Below are positions 27,035 through 40,433 of a DNA stretch of 64,000 nt, in pieces. The position numbers were made by a program, and so were the translations under genes. The notes under the pieces are model-generated. The model ran no database searches. It was not told the origin of the DNA and was given only the letters and a program-made list of their open reading frames with translations. This DNA comes from Basidiobolus meristosporus CBS 931.73 (lineage: Eukaryota; Fungi; Basidiobolomycota). Numbering within the stretch: the first letter of the stretch is position 1; every line of letters starts with the position of its first letter. The DNA is taken from assembly GCA_002104905.1 (NCBI GenBank), contig MCFE01000188.1, positions 62,001-126,000 of the forward strand, read 5' to 3'.

Positions 27035-28760
27035 TTTAGCTGCACTGGCAAATATCAGTCCAATAGAATTAAACTTGGCTACTGGTGTAAAGGCTTCAGT
27101 CTAGTCCAGTCCTTTTGCTTGAGAGTATCCTTGGCCACAGATCCTGCTTTGCATCTTTCAATCATATCTGCATCCTTGTATTTTGTCTTGAAGACCCTTC
27201 TGCATCCAATTGACTTTAGTTGATTGGTAATTTGACTAAGTCCAAAGCTTGATTTTCCCTCACGGCCTGATATTTATCAATCATTATAGATCTCCTAACT
27301 TTGTCTTAGGAGTACTCCAGGCCTCTTTGACAGTCTGGGAGTCTTCAATATGGACTAAATAGGCATAGCCTAAGCTTGTACCCTCATTGATACACCAATT
27401 TTGGCTCTTTCTGGTCTGGTTGGATCTCCTGCCTTGCAATACTTGACACTTTCTGGCTCAGATTTTGTGTGATAAGCCAGCAGTTTCTTGGCATATGCTG
27501 TGCATGCAAATATTCTCAGGTGCTCAACATGCTGTTTGTATTCATATCAAACCTCAAATGATGAATAACCATCACATTTTTACAATAAATCCTACAGTAA
27601 AGGTATACAGTGGTGGCAGCTAATTCTGCCCAAAAGTCACAAAATAGTGTTTCATAATGAGTCAAGATCATTGCCATTTCAAACATTGATATATTTGCAT
27701 GTTCTGCCACTTTTTTTTGCAGTGGGGAGTGTGGTGCAATAGTCTCTTGCTCTCTGCCATGAATTCTGCAGTGGTGGATGAAGAGCTTTGAGGTATACTC
27801 TCTGATTACAAAATGTAGTACTCACTTTTTGCCCAAGAGTTCCCCCAGAGTCCTACCCAAAGTTCCAACAATCCTCCCTAAGCTTCCCTCACATTTCCTT
27901 ATATCTTTTCCTGCCCTAACCTAGCAGAGACACTTACCATAACAGGAAGGTGCTCATACCCTTATTCTGTAATATACTGTCTATCACCTAAGCCACTCCC
28001 AGTTGAATATACATCTAATTGAGTCAAGATTGTAAAAAGGGTTTTGTTGGACATGAGAAATACAAGTCTTTATCATCTTATTACCTTCTATTGGAAGCTA
28101 TTCTGAACTAAGTGGTACAGAATTGACCTATAAGCTCTCCCAGCTATCAAGTACAGCCAGTAATAACCACATATTCTTCATCATTGTGTGAGCAGATTCC
28201 CCTGAGTTTTCCCCAGTTTCTCTTGCCACCATGGCATTCAGCTCCTTGAGCCTAGACAAAGCTTCAGTATTTCTTTCCACAGAGTATACCCATGTGTATC
28301 TGGTATAATCAACAGTACAAAAGATCAAATAACTCATCCCACCTGGGGATAAATTTTGCATTGCTCCACACAGATCTGCAAGATTTAAATCAAATGTTTT
28401 CTTATTGTGGATTAGCCCCAAGCTCTCATATTATAGTATGCTTTGTTTTCCATATATGCACACTTTACAGTACTGAAAATTAGCAGGGGGATTATTTCTT
28501 TGGAAATTAGCTGATCTTTGATCATTTATGTAAACAATCAGACTTTTGTGTCTGAATCTCCTGTGCCAAAGCATTAGTGATTCTTCATTATTGACTTTCA
28601 AGTATAATAGAATATAGGTCAAGATCTTTATATTTTGATCTCTGACATACAAAGCAATATGGGCACCATTTTGTACTGTGTTCCTGCATCCAGAACTATC
28701 AAAAATCAACCTTATTCCTTCTGCTATGGCCTTGCTAACAGATAGAAGGTTTGTAGCTAT
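27035..28760 (-). pseudogene. pol: Decayed copia C-family remnant (pre-integrase, integrase, RT start)
   Basis: LMLWHRRF, DLCGAMQ, YTWVY, PVAKFNSI; continues into 16549-16100. Confidence 0.85.
27814..28171. repeat. Probable internally deleted gypsy-type solo LTR
   Basis: Insert in the copia integrase with termini TGTAGT...ACCACA like families A and J; no clean TSD. Confidence 0.4.
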
Positions 28761-28769
28761 GCAAAGTAA

Positions 28770-29047
28770 GGATTGTGAAAAGGACACAATAGCCAATTAA
28801 TGCACACAAATGTAGGAGGTGATAGAGTGTCTAAATCAGAAGGTGAGAAATTGGCAGAGAACCAATCAAAAGCCACTTTTGTGTTGTTGTGATGACAATA
28901 TTGACTCCCTTTCTTATGATACCTGGGGTGCAAGTATCTTTTGATGGTTTTTGCATGGTTTCCTGATGGAATCAATACCTCTTAGTCATGGGATGTAGAA
29001 TCTGTGATGGCCTTTTTACAGGATCATCATAATAATTTTTCATAGGA
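28770..29047 (+). mobile_element. CMC family right-end fragment
   Basis: Homologous to ~26760-27034; ends AATAATTTTTCATAGGA. Confidence 0.8.
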
Positions 29048-29049
29048 TT

Positions 29050-30471
29050 TAATGCTCATGGGAGGGTCACACACACTCCTCTTGGCCTTGAGTTCCTCAT
29101 GGTTCAGTGGTATGTCAGCCTAATGGAGATGTTGTAATAGACTTATAGCAGCCTCTTGAATATTAGCCCACTCTTCATAATTGTACCTAGCAGCTTCTTG
29201 GATCTTCACAGTCCTTAATTCCTAAGCTTCAGTATAATAACCACAGTATTCCCTCTCATTCTGTGATGAGTTTTTCTGTGCGCTTTATCTTTGGGCACTG
29301 TTGTAGTGCTTCAAGACTGTACAGTGTATCACTGCTTTTGCATTGGGAAATGGCACAATTCTTGGCTGTGACATTGAGCTACCTGAGTTCTTTCTCTACA
29401 GCAAGGATGCAGCATTCTTTACCTGAGATATTGATTGCACTACATGTATTATCTGCTCATCATGTTTCTGCACTTTTTGATGACTTCTCTGGGCCATTAC
29501 ATCTATGGCACCAGCCATTGCACCCAATTGCCTCATTAATGCTTTGGTACAAGCCAACAACATACTTGCTAATATGGGAAGTGGTGATGCTCTGACAGTA
29601 ACTTACTGGTCTTCAGTCAAGGGTACAGCATTTGCTATATTCCCATTTTACTGAGCATTGTAGTCAGCTTTTAGGTATGCAGAGATTCTCATTTTCCTAC
29701 TTGATTGGGAGACAAAGAGGGCCACATTTTTACCTTCAGTGGGATTGCTGTCAACATTGCCATTGATGGATGTAGCCCTGCTTGTTGCACCAAATGTCAA
29801 AGCAAGATGTTGTCCAACTGCTATTCTGCTTCTGTCAACTGTAGGGTTTTGTAGGGAACCAGTTGACCTTGCTTTATTTTTTGATGGCATATATATGGAA
29901 GTGCGTCAAATCAAAGGGGAAATAGTGCTACATATACTCGTGTATGTGGTGCCACAACTTTATTCATAATGCTTACTATGGCAGGTCATCATTGAATCTT
30001 ACATTCATGTAGGTGCAATGTCTCAAACACAAGACTGTCTTAAATTCACATGAATATTGACCAAAAAGTAATATATTAGCGTTACGTTGTTGAAGGTCAA
30101 ACTGTCTGCCCCGTGGACAAGACTACTTTGACTCAAGGCAGAGGTTTACAATGAGGCTATCAGAATGCTAACAAGCTTCATGTTATATAAGGCAATTAGA
30201 AATATTGACCAGCTAGGTCCGCTCAAGTGAATATAGAGCACATCAGGACCATTATAATGCCACATAATTCTTGTCAAAAGACCACTAAACACTGTCAAGT
30301 TTTGAGTTTTATTCTGGCAGTAAATTGGCAGAATGCTGCTGCAATCCCATTGTACTATTTTGTAGAGGGTCAATAATACCAAGCCATTGGCATTATGATG
30401 GACTCAAAATGAGATCCCAACAGCTGATCTGGATTGGATCCACTTGTGGTGCCAAAATATTTTTCATAGGG
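29050..30471 (-). mobile_element. CMC family inverted deletion derivative with left terminus
   Basis: Ends ATATTTTTCATAGGG at 30471 (reverse complement of the left TIR); the transposase is almost entirely deleted (junction ~30140); the second-gene 5' half is retained. Confidence 0.82.
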
Positions 30472-30519
30472 TAAGTGACAATATCAGGTCAGTATTTGGG
30501 TGAAATTGCACATTTTTCA

Positions 30520-30860
30520 GCATATCTAATCTGGATCAGCTATTGGGATCCCACAATCAGGCAATTTTAGTGGTAGCAACTTGGAATTATTGAACCTCTA
30601 CACAATCATATGGACAGATTATGACTTTCTTTTGCTGGGTTTACTGCCAAATAAAGTAATGATCTTTCTGGTTCTTTGACTAATTTTGGAATACTTATAT
30701 GGCACTTTGGTAATCTTAATGTGGTCTACATTTACTTGAGCAGACCTAACCTGTCAATACACCCAACTGCCTCATATTGCAAAATACTTGAGTGCTTTGA
30801 ATGCCTTGTCATAGATCTTAGATAGCATTATAATGACAGAATGGTAGTCTACAGCTACTC
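30520..30860 (+). mobile_element. CMC family left-subterminal fragment
   Basis: Similar to 16590-16650 and to 35760-36000. Confidence 0.55.
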
Positions 30861-31678
30861 CTATATTATGCTACTATACCTATTGTTGTATCCAAGAGAA
30901 AAGTGTAATAAAACTCTTGAATGAGTTAACTGAGCCTAAGTGACAACTAAGCACAAAATCCTAGAATTGTCAAGGGTGACAAGAATACTAGCAGAGAAGT
31001 TCTGGTCTAATATTGGTTTGGTATATAGATGAGTTGGGCTATAAAGGCAACAGAGTTGGTTTGCTATACAGGCTAGGCTTGATGTTCTAGGGAATGCCAA
31101 ATATGCTAGGCTTGGGTGGAAAGTACAACAGAATTGTTGAATTCTTAATTTTGCTGAGGCCAATCTTAATTTTGTTGAGCCACACACTGAACCAAAAGGT
31201 TCAGTAAACTTTATTTATATTTCCCTGATGAAGTTGAGTTGGTAAGCACCAAGTGACTGGACTAATTGAAATATGTTGGGGTGCTGATAGGTGCATAAGA
31301 TAAATGAAAAGTTGCATCATTAATCATCTGATTTCTTGGCAACTACTAAGTGGTTGGATAGATCTCAGATGACTAATCCTCGGGAAAGGCTTAGCAGATC
31401 AGTTGAGGATGTAATGACCACTTGAAAATTGATCAGGTGTGACAGCTAAAAATAGCTTCTGAGAAGTGATAAGATAAAGCATAACAAGGATCAGTTATGT
31501 TTAAGTAAGGGGAAATCAGTTAGGGTACTAGATTTTCTAACTCAGTGAAATTGGCCAAGTTTTAAATGTTGATGCACAACACCTATTTACCAAATGGTAT
31601 TTCCTTTTTGTACCTCCCCTTGCACCTTTCATATATTCCACTATGGATTAACCCCTTTTTATCTGCTTACCTTTGGAT

Positions 31679-32218
31679 AGTAACCGTTATGAATAGACAC
31701 AAGGCAGGAGAGTAGAGCTAGGCAAGGCAGGACAAGGAAAGGACTGAGGTGTGGATCAACAAGGCAAGGTGGCTTTCCAAGGCAAGGCTGTTTATTCAAG
31801 ACCTGTGTTTATCAGACTCAGGAATACTTAAGGGGGGATAGAACTATATATACTTTTTGGCTATACTGATGCCAAGAGATATTAGCTAATACTAATGGGT
31901 TGTGGGGTGAGGCACAGCAGCAGAGCTGGGGATTATAATATAGAAGGCAAGGCACTGAGACAGGATGGGGAAATGGACTTGGTCACCTGATCATGTGACT
32001 AAGTCATGTGACCTGGTATTTCCATACATGGTACTGGACTATGAAAAATACAATAGGAAGCTTCCATGGAATGTTCCATTGTGTAACAATGATCTGGAAT
32101 GGTCAGGAACTTTCTGGAAAGTGGTAGAAGGTTCCAGAAAGAATCTCTTTGAAATTGAGCTAGGAAGCTGAAACTTGGAATATGTGTTCATGGTTGTCAT
32201 GTGATCATGACAGTAACA
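31679..32218. repeat. Probable solo LTR of another gypsy family
   Basis: Imperfect inverted termini (GTAACCGTTATGA / TCATGACAGTAACA); GGGGATAG..TATATATACTTTTT block resembles the A LTR; no TSD. Confidence 0.5.
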
Positions 32219-32730
32219 TGGTCCCACAGGTGGATCCAATCTGTTTCAGCCATATGGAATCCCAATTAGGCTGCCATAATGCTAGCAGCTTAGAATTACT
32301 AACCCTCTACACAATCTGATGATAGGATTGCGATGGCAACTTGCTGATCTTACTGCTAACTAAGGTTGAACTTGAAAGTGTTTAAAAATCCTTGTGTATT
32401 AAGGGCATGGCATTGTGATGGTCATAATGGGTTCTACATTTATTTGAGCAGACCTAACTGGCCAATACATCCAATAACCTTATGTAGCAAAGTTTTTTGT
32501 GCCATGTTACAGTCTTCTACAGCTAAACTCAGAGTGCTATAGGTGATGAGGACCAAATGCAAGTCTTCAGACCTTGGGTGCTTTACACATAGTCCTGCAT
32601 ACCAATCCCAAATATGTTGAAAAATGGATTTTCTCCAGCACAATAGATTTTTCCTGATGGATAATACCACAATGAGTTATGAGTGCCAAATAGTGCCATT
32701 GTGTGCCAGAGAGTCATAGCTGGCCTACAC
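32219..32730 (+). mobile_element. CMC family left-subterminal fragment
   Basis: GGTCCCACAGGTGGATCCAATC matches the left end at 16568-16590. Confidence 0.6.
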
Positions 32731-34148
32731 TTAGCCACAAGGTGTGAGACATAGACTTTCATATTCAAGAAGGGTGTGATCATCCTAGTTCTGTATGTGC
32801 ACAACCTAATAATAGCTACAAGTGACCAGGAGGCAATTAAACAGACAAAATCAGATCACTTCAGCATGTTTGAGATGAAAGATTGTGAAAAACTGAGCAA
32901 TTTTCTTGGAATTGAAGTGAACTTTGTCATGCTTATGTATAAAACTGTGCTAAATCAACCTAAGTACATCAGGGACATTCTTAGACGCTTCAAAATAGAA
33001 AATTGCAAGCCTGCAGCTACCCTCACGGTCAATAATCTAGAATTGAGCAAATCTCAACCAGTTTTAGGTGACCATAGCTCAAGTACGGACCAAAATTTTC
33101 CCTATCAATCAATGGTTGGTAGCCTAATGTACTTGATGGTGTCCACATGTCTTGATATTGCAGAGGCAGTTGGAATAGTCAGTCAATTCATGCAGAATTA
33201 TGGACCAGATCAAAATACAGCAGTTAAGCAAATTTTCAGATATCTACAAGGTACCATAAATATGGTGCTGGAATACTCTAGAGCAGCTAATAGGTGGAAA
33301 TTTGATGGTTATAGTGATTCAAGCTGGGGTAGAGATCTGATTGACAGACACTCTACCACTGGGTATGTATTCATTTATGCTGGTGCAGCTATTACTTACA
33401 ATTGCAAGAAACAACCCACTGTGGCCTTATCTGCAACCAAAGCTAATATATGGCTGCTTGCCAAGCAACTAAGGAGGCTAAATGGCTACAGAAACTATTC
33501 AAATACTTAGGCTTTAATTCAGAGAAACCAACATATATTTACAAAGATAATCAGAGTTGTATTGCATAAGCTAGGAATCCTACTAATCATACCAGCACTA
33601 AGCACATAGATATAAAACACAACTTTGTGAGGGAAGCTGTAGAAAATAGCTTAGCAGAGTTAGCTTACTGTCCAACTGACAAAATGGTGGCAGATGTATT
33701 GACAAAACCTCTAGCTAGACCACAATTTGAGAATCTCAGAGAGGAATTAGGATTAGAAATTATTTAGTTGAGGGGGAGTGTTGAAATATTGGACTTTTTG
33801 GTATCATTCAGCCGCTAAAAATTTACCTAACAGCTCTAAACTAGTCTTGGTCATTGTAGAACTAATTTGCAGCCCCAACTTTGCCAGTTTCCTCACATCC
33901 ATGATCCTATGATTATTCCCCTATAGTGAAGATCAAATTAACACTTTCCACCAAAGGTTATGTACTAACCCTGAAGCTGTTACACAGAGCTCCTGAATGT
34001 TAAGAAACCCTCCATACTTAGTGTTGCAGCTGTATTAATTCTGTAAAGGTATAAATACTGATCCTCTTTATGAATAAACAACAGTTCAACTATTGTCACT
34101 ATATCTTGATAAGCTCCTTATATCTAAATCACTTCTTAAATTGCAACA
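32730..34148 (+). mobile_element. Copia F 3' fragment: RT end, RNase H, PPT and 3' LTR (33779-34148)
   Basis: Homologous to ~50530-51932; PPT GAGGGGGAG precedes TGTTGAAATATTGG. Confidence 0.92.
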
Positions 34149-34582
34149 TTGGCCTCCCTGGCACATTATGGCATCAGTTGGTACTCAAGGCTCAATGTGG
34201 TACTATCCAACTACGCTAGTCTAATGTGTGAAATGCAGACACTACTTTGCCTGAATATGGAGAGTTACATTTCACATTGCATAACAGAGTTTAGGTCTGC
34301 TAAGCCCCTCTGGCAAACCAGGGTACTATTTGTCACTCATGGATCAATGTGATACTATCCAATGGAACAAGGCTAATCAGTAGCCAGCACAACTTGCTGA
34401 CCAGGCACTTGTTTAATGAAAATCCATCTGGTGCCAAGACAGAGGCATTGTGTACATACCTTCAGAGTAGCCCTTGCTTTTATCTTTATATCATGTTTGC
34501 CATCCAACAGACTTGTTATGTTGGATAGTGCCACATTGAGCCATGAGTGCCAGTTGGCACTATAGTGTGACAGAGAAGCCAA
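34149..34582. repeat. Short element bounded by ~75-bp imperfect inverted repeats (MITE-like)
   Basis: 34149-34225 aligns to the reverse complement of 34505-34582 (~70-75% by eye). Confidence 0.55.
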
Positions 34583-34869
34583 GTAGACTTATTGGTCACA
34601 AAATGTGGAAACAAGCTCTAAATCAAAATGCAGTGCACTATCCTGGTCCTTTGGTACTATGTGGCACTATACTTAGATATTAGCTCTAAAGTAAAGCCTA
34701 TGCAAAGCACTTAGACTGCCAGAAAGTAGTAGTGGCTCAAGATAGTTCCATGCATTCTTGTGAGAAGTTGCAAACCTCAGGAGCTAGATTCAGAGTGCCA
34801 CAGGTGTCAAGTACCCAATGCATGTCTTCAGCTCTTCTGTGCTCTACACATTATACACAATACTGATCC

Positions 34870-35140
34870 ACAACAAAAAGGTCTATGGGTCATATGTTGT
34901 CAGCCACATGATGATTATCCATCAGTAATATATAAATGGTAACTTGCATCCCAGAATAATATTTGAAAGAGTTAGTAGTAAATTCTAAAAGCCCCCATTA
35001 CTGATGTTGGCTGAAATACACCACTTCTCCATGAACAACATCATATTATGCTTCAGCATATGGATTAGCAGTCTCACTTGGAGCCATAAAGTAACCTTAG
35101 TATTTTTCACATGCATATTGTCTCAGTGCACAGTGGGATT
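34870..35140 (-). pseudogene. CMC transposase N-terminal fragment
   Basis: Homologous to ~23760-24030. Confidence 0.7.
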
Positions 35141-35722
35141 ATACCATTATCAAGCAGGGTACTGTTACAAGGTGAGAGATGCTCACATTCCATCAGTGAG
35201 CCTTCTTCATATTAATCACTCTATGGGCCATGCCTAGAAGGCTAAGGTGAGTCAGAAGGCATATTATACTTGCTTGAATCTGTTAGCAAAGGTGGCAAAT
35301 GCAGCAAGGTTCCATTATAGAAGTATCTGGTAGACAGCAAGATATTGTTGGTAGAGCTGTCACTGATGTGTACTCAAGAATAACCCAAGTGGAAAAGCAT
35401 TAGCTGTGATATGTGCAATGCTTCCTATGCACTCAAGTTCTCCCTAAGAGAAATAGTAATCAGAATAATGCGGGGAATTGGATAATATATATATATCACT
35501 TGCCTTGATAGTCACAAGTGCTACTAAAAACTGAAATCAGGTTGACAAGGAAAGAAGCATGACTTAGTAACTATGTTAAAGAGCAACTAGTTGATTGAGA
35601 TTTTAATCCTTTGGCAATTGTGCTTTCTGCTACTCTACTGCTGGTTCAGTTACTGGCTGAGAGTTTGCAAGGATAGGCCAGCAAGTGGGTTTGTGTTGCT
35701 TTTGCTACCCATCTCCAACCAG

Positions 35723-37389
35723 CACTACCAAATATAATATGAGCCTGCAGGCAGATACTATCCAGATGAACTATCCATATCCTTCAGGGAGGCTGTAATC
35801 ATGCAAGCTGCATGGAGTTATTGACCCTCCACATGATTTTATGATGTATTTGTGACAGTGCTTTGCTGATTTTACTGCCAAACAAAGTAAAAAATGAGTT
35901 GATGCTTAAGCAGCATTTTGACTTAATGTGCTCTACACTTATTTGAGCACACCTGACTGGCCAATACATCCAATTGCCTCATATAGCAAGAAACTTGACA
36001 GTGTTCTGACCACCTCATTGCAAACCTTTACTGGAATTATAACAGCAGAGAGGGGGCCTACATCTAGCTTGGTATAATGCCAACATACCAACATACCAAG
36101 TGGTATTATCAATTACTACCTCCCCTTGCACAGTTCATATACACCACTCTAGAGTGACCCATCTTTAGTTGCTTACACACTATTACCTAGGGTTTTCTAC
36201 ATATAATTGGAATCAAAAAACTAAGGCCTCCTGCTTACTCACCTCCTCATATGCACACACTTGCTGTAATTGAAACACTTCTTTCACTATAACTTCACAG
36301 CATCTCTATATAGTGCTTGCAAAGTTGCCATATAACTTACAATGCTGGAAACATATGCATCTTGCAAACATATGTTTGGTTGTTGCAACTATTGTCAACA
36401 ATGCCTTGTGAATATCCGCAAATAGCTTGTTGGTATTTGGCCAATATATTCTTTCTCCCTGCTAGAGTTTAATCCCCATTATAGGTGCACTCTGGCTTTT
36501 GTTAGTGTGAATACCATTTTGAAGGATGTAGAAACCGGCTTGCAGTCAGCAGAAACCTGGCATGCTTTGATAAAGCTGTCATATTAAAAATTAGTTGCAT
36601 GTTGCACATAACATAACCTTGCATTACTTAACTGATTACTCATGCATTGAGGCTGCTCAGCTTCTTAGTTCCAATGACATAGGTGTCTCCATGTGCATAT
36701 CTGGCCTCAGTCTTTTCCAACTCATCCTGGTTGTCCCCCATATGCCAATTCATCACATCCATGACGGACCTCAAGGTACCATTCCTGATGAGATTGGGAT
36801 ATGGTAGCACCTGCAACTTGATGTGTCTTCCTATCTCTCCCTACATTCTCTCTATAGGAGACTTCCAAAAAGTGAAGCAAAGTCCAGTATTTTTCCCACA
36901 CCAAGCAAGATGGAGTAGAGTATGGTTATAGGAGCAGCAGAGATCCAGGCATTCAGATTTATGTTTGTAGTATAGCCACTCAAATCATGTTGCAAACTCT
37001 TTGCACAGATGCTGTAGATGTGTCAAGTTGGCATTGGTGATTTGCTTCTGGATAAGTATTCCCATAATGTCCACCTATGACTCCCAATGCTTCCAATGTA
37101 CTCTTCCTAGAAATGGCTTCAGAAGGCCACTTGAATAAATACATATCTGGTTCATCAAGTACTAGAATTGGAATTGCTGCATATGTATATAAATACCAAT
37201 TGGAGCCTGTGAGAAGTACTTTGGGCAGTAGATATTCAGTAATATCTTGCCAACTCTTTCAAGCTTCTGTAGTATCTCAAATGGCTCATTTAGCCTGAAA
37301 TGCCTCAGGTAAAACTTGGTAATTAGTATAGAGATATTGTAGAAAAGCAAATTACTCAGGATTGTACTTTCTGGCTTCATTAATATTCA
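35723..37389. mobile_element. CMC family left half with a literal CACTA terminus and transposase C-half (gene on minus)
   Basis: CACTACCAAATATAATATGAGCCTGCAGG aligns to the left end at 16550; 36000-37389 is colinear with 21540-22930. Confidence 0.82.
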
Positions 37390-37920
37390 TCATGCCTGAT
37401 AAATTTCTGTCAGTGAATATTTACTTGTATGAATATTCTGTGTATTAATAAGTACTTTAACAATCTTACCTATACTGCAGTTTTCTCCTATACCTGACTT
37501 TCCTCTGTATTTACCTGCCAATATGCTGAATATCTTCAGATATCCAGTTGAAGACTGTATTCTCACTCTGAAATAATTACATATCTGATTGTGGAGCCTT
37601 TGCTTCCTGCTAAGCATGCCATTCCCTGGCTTCTCTTAAGCTGTGAAACATCCCAATCTCTGGCAATCCACTCCTATATAAGCTAAGTCTGCCACACATC
37701 TCTTCCCTCTACTGAGTTCTGGGCAATTCACTAAGCAGAGTACCCTGGCATGCCTATTTCCAGGATATGGCCCACTGAGCCAGATGACATTACTCTTAAT
37801 GTCAGACAGTGCTTGAGACTTCACACAGTGTGCTTTGATTTTATTAAGTGTGAAGTGCCTCTGCCCATAGTAGGTCTGTTAAACCAGACTAGGAAGGTAT
37901 CCCCAATACTCCTGATACAG
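37390..37920 (-). pseudogene. DDE_Tnp_4-type (PIF/Harbinger/ISL2EU-like) transposase catalytic region
   Basis: IGDTFLV..RPT/GQRHF..KIKAH.VKSQALSD...VIWLSGPYPG..H...VADLAYIG...HNQI..FRVRI..GYLKIFSILAGKYR follows the IS5/IS4-type DDE superfamily endonuclease pattern. Confidence 0.75.
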
Positions 37921-37922
37921 AT

Positions 37923-38168
37923 TGTTGTATTATGATTAGTTTGAGGCTTGTTCTATAATGTTGAGGCTAATGAACAGTATACAACAACTTCCCAGTGTGC
38001 TATAACTGAAGTAGTTTATTGGGAATTGATATACTAATAGAAGATGTAACAGTTGGCTACTGAGTGCTCTGCATGAGATAATATTCTTGGGTGGATTGCT
38101 AGTCAGGGTCTTGAGCTTTTGTCCTTCTAAGTAGAAGTTTCTTAATCTTTGATTTGTGTGTTACAATA
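37923..38168 (-). repeat. Internally deleted gypsy H LTR fragment
   Basis: Joins homologues of ~60757-60885 and ~61660-61780. Confidence 0.7.
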
Positions 38169-39092
38169 CTGTTGTTGAAGAAGAGTGGCTCACAATCCAT
38201 CAGTGAGCCTGCTTCTTCAGAGCTATCATTCTTAGACATTCATGTCTATGAGACATTGCACCTGCATGAATGTAAAGTTTGATGATGACCTGCCATAGCA
38301 AGCAATATAAATAAAGCTGTGACAGCACAAATATAGGTATATGTAAGCCATTTCCCCTTTGATTTAACTCACTTACATATATATGCTGCCAAAATAAAGC
38401 AAAGTTGTCTGGTTCCCAGCCAAACCCCACAGCTGACAGCAGCCAAAGGATGTTTGGACAACAGCTTGCTTTGACATCCAGTACAACAAGCAGAGCCACA
38501 ACCAAAAAAGAAACTGTGCACAGTGTGTCCACTGAAGGGATTAATATGGAATCCTCAGGCTCTCAGTCAAGTAGGCAGTTGGGAATCTCTTCAGAACTGT
38601 TAGCTGAATTTATTACTGAGGCTGATGAGAATGTAGCAAAAGCAGTGCCCTCAGTTAATGAACAGCAAGTGGCCATCATAACATCACCACCACTTGTGTT
38701 AGCAAGTAAGTTGTCTGCTCATACCAATGCACTAATGAGGCAACAAGGTGAAGCGGCTGATTGGATAGATGCAATGGCCCAGAGAAACCAGAAAATAGTC
38801 AAGAGAAAGGATGCATGGATAAAAGGTCTAGAGCAATCAATATCTCAGGTAGAAAAAGCAGTATCTCCACAGCATAGAAGAAATCCTAGTAGCAAAATGT
38901 TGCAACCAAGAACTGAGCCATTCACCAATATAATAGCAGAGGCACACCATAGAGTCTCTGAAGCACAACAACAGTGCCCAAAGATAAAGCCCACAGATAT
39001 ATCTATAGTCTAGGAGGGGGAAATATAGTGCTTATACCAAAGCCTAAATATCAAAAGACAGTGTGTGGAGATAATGAGTGTAATGATGAAGA

Positions 39093-39462
39093 TGTTGCAA
39101 TATAAGTAGTGATTTGGATATAAGGAACTGATCAAGAAATAGTGATAACAGCTGAAGTGTTGTTCATTCATAAAGAAGCTCAGTATTTATGCCTTTGTAG
39201 AAGTAATATAGCTGTAACACTAAGTAAGAAGGGTTTCTCAGCACTCCTGAGCATTCTGTAGCAGCTTCAGGGTCAGAACTTAATGTTTAGTAAAAGGCGT
39301 TAATTTGATCTTGACTATAGAGGAATGCTCATAGGATCATGGATCTGAAGAAACTGACCAAGTTGGGGCTGTACATTAGTCCCAGAGTGACCAAGACTTG
39401 TTCAGAATTGTTAAATAGATTTTTAGCTGCCAAATGATACCAAATAGTTCAATATTTCAGCA
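39093..39462 (-). repeat. Solo copia F LTR
   Basis: Reverse complement of the F LTR; TSD GAAGA (39088-92, 39463-67). Confidence 0.92.
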
Positions 39463-40065
39463 GAAGAGTGAGCAAATATTTGAGAGGCTGTTAGAGGTCT
39501 GGCATGTCAACACCTTAAGGCTGGCATTCCAGGGGACCATCAGAAACTCAAAGCCAAGCAGAATATGCTTGAGTTACTCCATGAGCATTATCCTGGACTC
39601 AAGCAGGCAAATGGAATTTGGGGCAGCATTGGTTTGCTGAGAAAGTTCCTCAGGAACAGCAGAAACTATCAAAGGTAGAAGAACAACAGTCAAATGGACA
39701 AGTACCAGTAGCTTCCTGAAGAGCTCCTTAAAAGCAGGGCCAAAAGCTCTAAACAAGCATGAAAGAGGCATCAGGTAGCTGGAAGAGTACCAATAAGGTA
39801 AAAGCAGGTAGACACAGATGCACCAGCACAACATCAACCAAGGAAAAAGCTTAGTTCTAATCAAGAAGCACTTGGTCAAAGCAGCTGCGAAGGACCTGGC
39901 AGTGATAAAACAAGCTACTACCTTAGGAGCCCATCACAGCATGAGATTACAGCTCAAAAGAAACAGAAAAGAAGAGTCAGGTTGCCTGCAGAGTGCCACA
40001 ACGGGACAAGCAGGCCAAAACAGATGCATCAACGCAGCACTTTTTAAGGAAATTACATAGTTCAG

Positions 40066-40433
40066 TATTGAAATATTGGACTATTTGTTACCATTCAGCG
40101 GCTAAAAATCTACCTAACAACTCTAGACAAGTCTTGGTCAATGCAGCACTAGCCTACAGCCCTAACTTTGCCAGTTTCTTCAGATCTATGAACCTATGAG
40201 CTTTCCCCTATAGTCAAGATCAAATTAACACCTTTTACTAAACATTAAGTACTAACCCTGAAACTACTACAGAATGCTCATGAGTGCTGAGAAACCCTTT
40301 ACTTAGCGATGCAGCTGTATTATCTCTACAAAGGTATAAATACTTAGCTTCTTTATGAATAAACAACAGTCCAGCTACTATCACTATTTCTTGATAAGTT
40401 CCTTTTATCCAAATCCCTTCTTAAATTGCAACA
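40066..40433 (+). repeat. Solo copia F LTR
   Basis: F LTR sequence; TSD TTCAG/TTCAA (4/5 match). Confidence 0.9.
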
